Below are positions 61,469 through 64,000 of a stretch of DNA of 64,000 nt, piece by piece. The DNA is from Raillietiella orientalis (taxonomy: Eukaryota). How positions within the stretch are numbered: position 1 is the stretch's first letter; every line of letters begins with the position of its first letter. The stretch is from contig JAYWIR010000083.1 of the NCBI GenBank assembly GCA_036172245.1, forward strand, positions 124,001-188,000, in the 5' to 3' direction. The position numbers were made by a program, and so were the translations under genes. The notes beneath the pieces were generated by a model. The model ran no database searches and had not been told where the DNA came from. It saw only the letters and a program-made list of their open reading frames with translations.

Positions 61469-64000
61469 ACCGAGTCCAATGGTGTTGGCGGGTGTTACAC
61501 GGGAGACCCCGATGCAACAGCAGGGTCCCGGACTCTTGCCACTTCAAAGGGAGGATAGCACTGCTCCAACACGCTGGGGGCTACTTCGCCTCCTCCGGAG
61601 GAATTCTTAGCAGCTCTCCCCAGCGTAGCAGTTAATTGGGTGGGACACTGGGGGTCGCGGAGTCGGCCAGCTCCCGAATTGTCCACGCACCCAAAATGTT
61701 TTTTGGTGTTTTGTATTACGCAGGTCACTTTCCTGTTGGATGCTGGCTGTCCATTCTTCCCCTTAGGGAGGGCAGCACAGGGGCAAAGCGGGTGGGGTGG
61801 GGGTGAACGAGTGAACGATGCCCAAAGCAGATTCCTGGTGTTACTCAGGATCTCCCCTAACGACTGACAAGCGTATCTGCTGATGCGCAGGCAGATGCAT
61901 TCTGTCTTGCCCGCGCGGTTGATTTTGCCCCAAGCGAAAATCTGACTCCTGCAACCGTGACTAAGGCAACCGTGTACCTACCTGGCTGATCTTGCCCAGG
62001 AGACGTATGTTTGTCTCAGGATAAACGGTTGCCTTATGCCAACCGGAGCTCCGGCGTGCGCGATCACGTGGTCACTCGCTTTCGCCGTGGGCTCCACGCG
62101 CGTGCGAGGGCTGTCGGAAAAGTCAGTAGCTACTCGGCGGTTCCAGGAAATCCGCTGCCCGATACATGGCACCCTCCTCGCCTTGGGAGGGGGACGCATG
62201 CGAACCTTCACTTGAGGAGTCAGCGATGCTCGCACTTTTGCTGTCTGACGGACTCCTTGCCCCCTCCCCCTTTTCCTAGGAGGATCAGTTTTTAAGAATT
62301 CCCGAAGGTGGCCAAACAGACCGCGCCTCCGTTTCCCGCGAGTAGAAACGCTGGGGTACCCAGCCCTCATCCCGCGTCCCCAGCGCCTGCCGGAAATGAT
62401 TCTGCACGTCCCTCAAGCGCTCGTGTCGCGTCGCGCCAGCAGCGCGCGCCCTCTGCTCCCATCCAAAAATCAGCTGATTCTGCGACGGTTCCAGACGAAG
62501 TGACCATTTCGATGTGCTGACCGGCCAAAGAACGATGGGAAAAAAATTCCCGATATCGCGGGCGACTGTGGGATGCCGTCGTAACCATGGTTACGAACGG
62601 ATCATTCCCCAGCCTCTATGCTTGCACTCTGGAGAGGGCTTTTTTTGTGTTAAGCCGATGTCGAAAGGTTTCCCAACACATGCAACCGTTTGGACCTTTG
62701 AAGCAAAGACCTTTGCTCCAAACAGCAGGTTTGAAAGTCTGGGTCAGCTGCGAGTCGCGAGCAGCGAATTCCGGGCTGTCATGGAAGCGAGCAGTCCAGT
62801 GTGCCGCACCACCTACCCACGTGAAATGAAGAATTTGTAACACGCGGTAGAACACTGGAGCAAGGAGTTGGCCGTGGCCATCCCGCTTTTTATCGTGCCA
62901 CGGACCGCCAAAAGACGATCCCAGAGGGAAAGGCAAGGGACCATCGGATACTGCGAGCAGTCCTCCACAAGGGGGAGTCATCCACAAAGTGCGGGTACCT
63001 CGGTGTGCAAAAGGTGCACAAGGGTGGACGACTCTGGAGAGATCAGGGGGCTCACTGGATCGAAATCAGTATTTATGTGCTCTGGAGAATCACCTGCAGC
63101 TTCACGTGACCGCGCGAATGAGGCGTGAACCAGGCTGGGACGAGCAGCCCTCGATCCACGAGCCATCGGAACCGCCCTGCGAAGAAGGCTCGCACTTTCG
63201 CCGGGCATACAGGAACTTCCTCCCAGTGTTTCATTACAGGGATCGATCCTGTAGAGCATGAGGCGGCACTGGATGGGAGATGACCTGCACGGTTCGGACA
63301 CGGAGGATGGCCTCCATCCCCGCATCTATCGAAACATTGTCCAAGAGTGGAAAGTAGTAGAGCAGGCAATGGAAATGGCAACCCACTTCAAGACTGAGAT
63401 CCTTAGGGGAGTCTTCGAGGGAGAAAGATTACACCTCCCTCTGCCAACCCACGCTGGAGGTAGCACTAGCCTTCTCCATCCACGGTATGCTCATCAGGAG
63501 CTCCTAGCCACGGGGATGTCTGAAGACGCCAGTTCAAAATATCCTGATGAACCTGCTCGAAGAAGAAAATTGAGGCATCGGAGGGAGCGGAAGAGTTCCA
63601 CCTTCCATGGTGAACCACCCGTTGCATTCAGCAAAAGATGCGGAAGACGGGCACTCTTAGGAGCGCTTCGCTACAAAGATGACTGCGGGCAGCAGCGCGG
63701 AACGTCCTGATGGACCTGCTTGAAGAGGAAAGTCGACGTTAAAGAACGCAGAAGAGTTCCAGCTTCCAGAGCGGACCACCCGTTGCATCTTTGCATCCAG
63801 CAAAAGATGCGGGAGATGGGCACTTTTGTTGGTGCTGGATAAAGCAAAACGAGGTTTGCGACCGAGGCAAAGTTCACCTCTTCCCGAGGAAACATGCGTC
63901 AGGACGGGACAATGGTGTCCTGGCCCTGAGACGTGGGAGACGACAGATAAATCTTGTCGGTTGTAATGGTGAGCTGACGATTCGTCTGACTGGTAAATTG
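61464..64000 (-). mobile_element. Decayed LINE ORF2 (APE end, RT, zf-RVT start), running off the window
   Basis: In order on minus strand: TDKIYLS (APE end), DGPLP/LW...IKSG...SLLQCSTACYKFF, VGKPFD (~KAFD), RGMRAGYP (~RGxRQGxP), then 61464-61778, which is near-identical to 42754-43067. Confidence 0.7.

Noticed and set aside
62236..62262. GQGVRQ as the RT GVRQG motif
   Set aside because: Spacing from the KPFD motif fits RGMRAGYP (~62350-62375) better; the match is probably coincidental.
1..64000. Alternative genetic code rescuing long ORFs
   Set aside because: Motifs switch frames repeatedly, so the disruption is due to indels, not reassigned stops. The host code cannot be determined from this window.

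Overview
This is a eukaryotic-type, non-genic window. I found no intact protein-coding gene, rRNA, functional tRNA or CRISPR array. Almost all of it is GC-rich, CpG-retaining DNA made of nested, decayed repeats. The dominant family is an L1/Tx1-like non-LTR retrotransposon, with recognisable remnants of the AP endonuclease, RT, thumb and C-terminal zf-RVT/CCHC regions. About ten of its 3' fragments are present; the seven traceable to their end finish in AATAAA (AATGAA in one copy) plus a conserved GC-rich ~26-nt motif, not poly(A). A second family of ~1 kb has a tRNA-like A/B-box head and an A-rich tail (SINE-like, 7 copies). Several unclassified families are present, one carrying a 30-bp tandem array. 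Very young inverted structures overlie this old material: an apparently perfect 2,114-bp inverted repeat (6278-8391 / 10070-12183) and near-perfect palindromes of 72, 45, 44 and 22 bp. Two sharply bounded AT-rich islands (1-~100 and ~52270-52736) interrupt the GC-rich blocks. Domain assignments come from reading motifs by eye in frameshifted sequence and need profile searches. Most ORFs in the supplied track are shadow ORFs.
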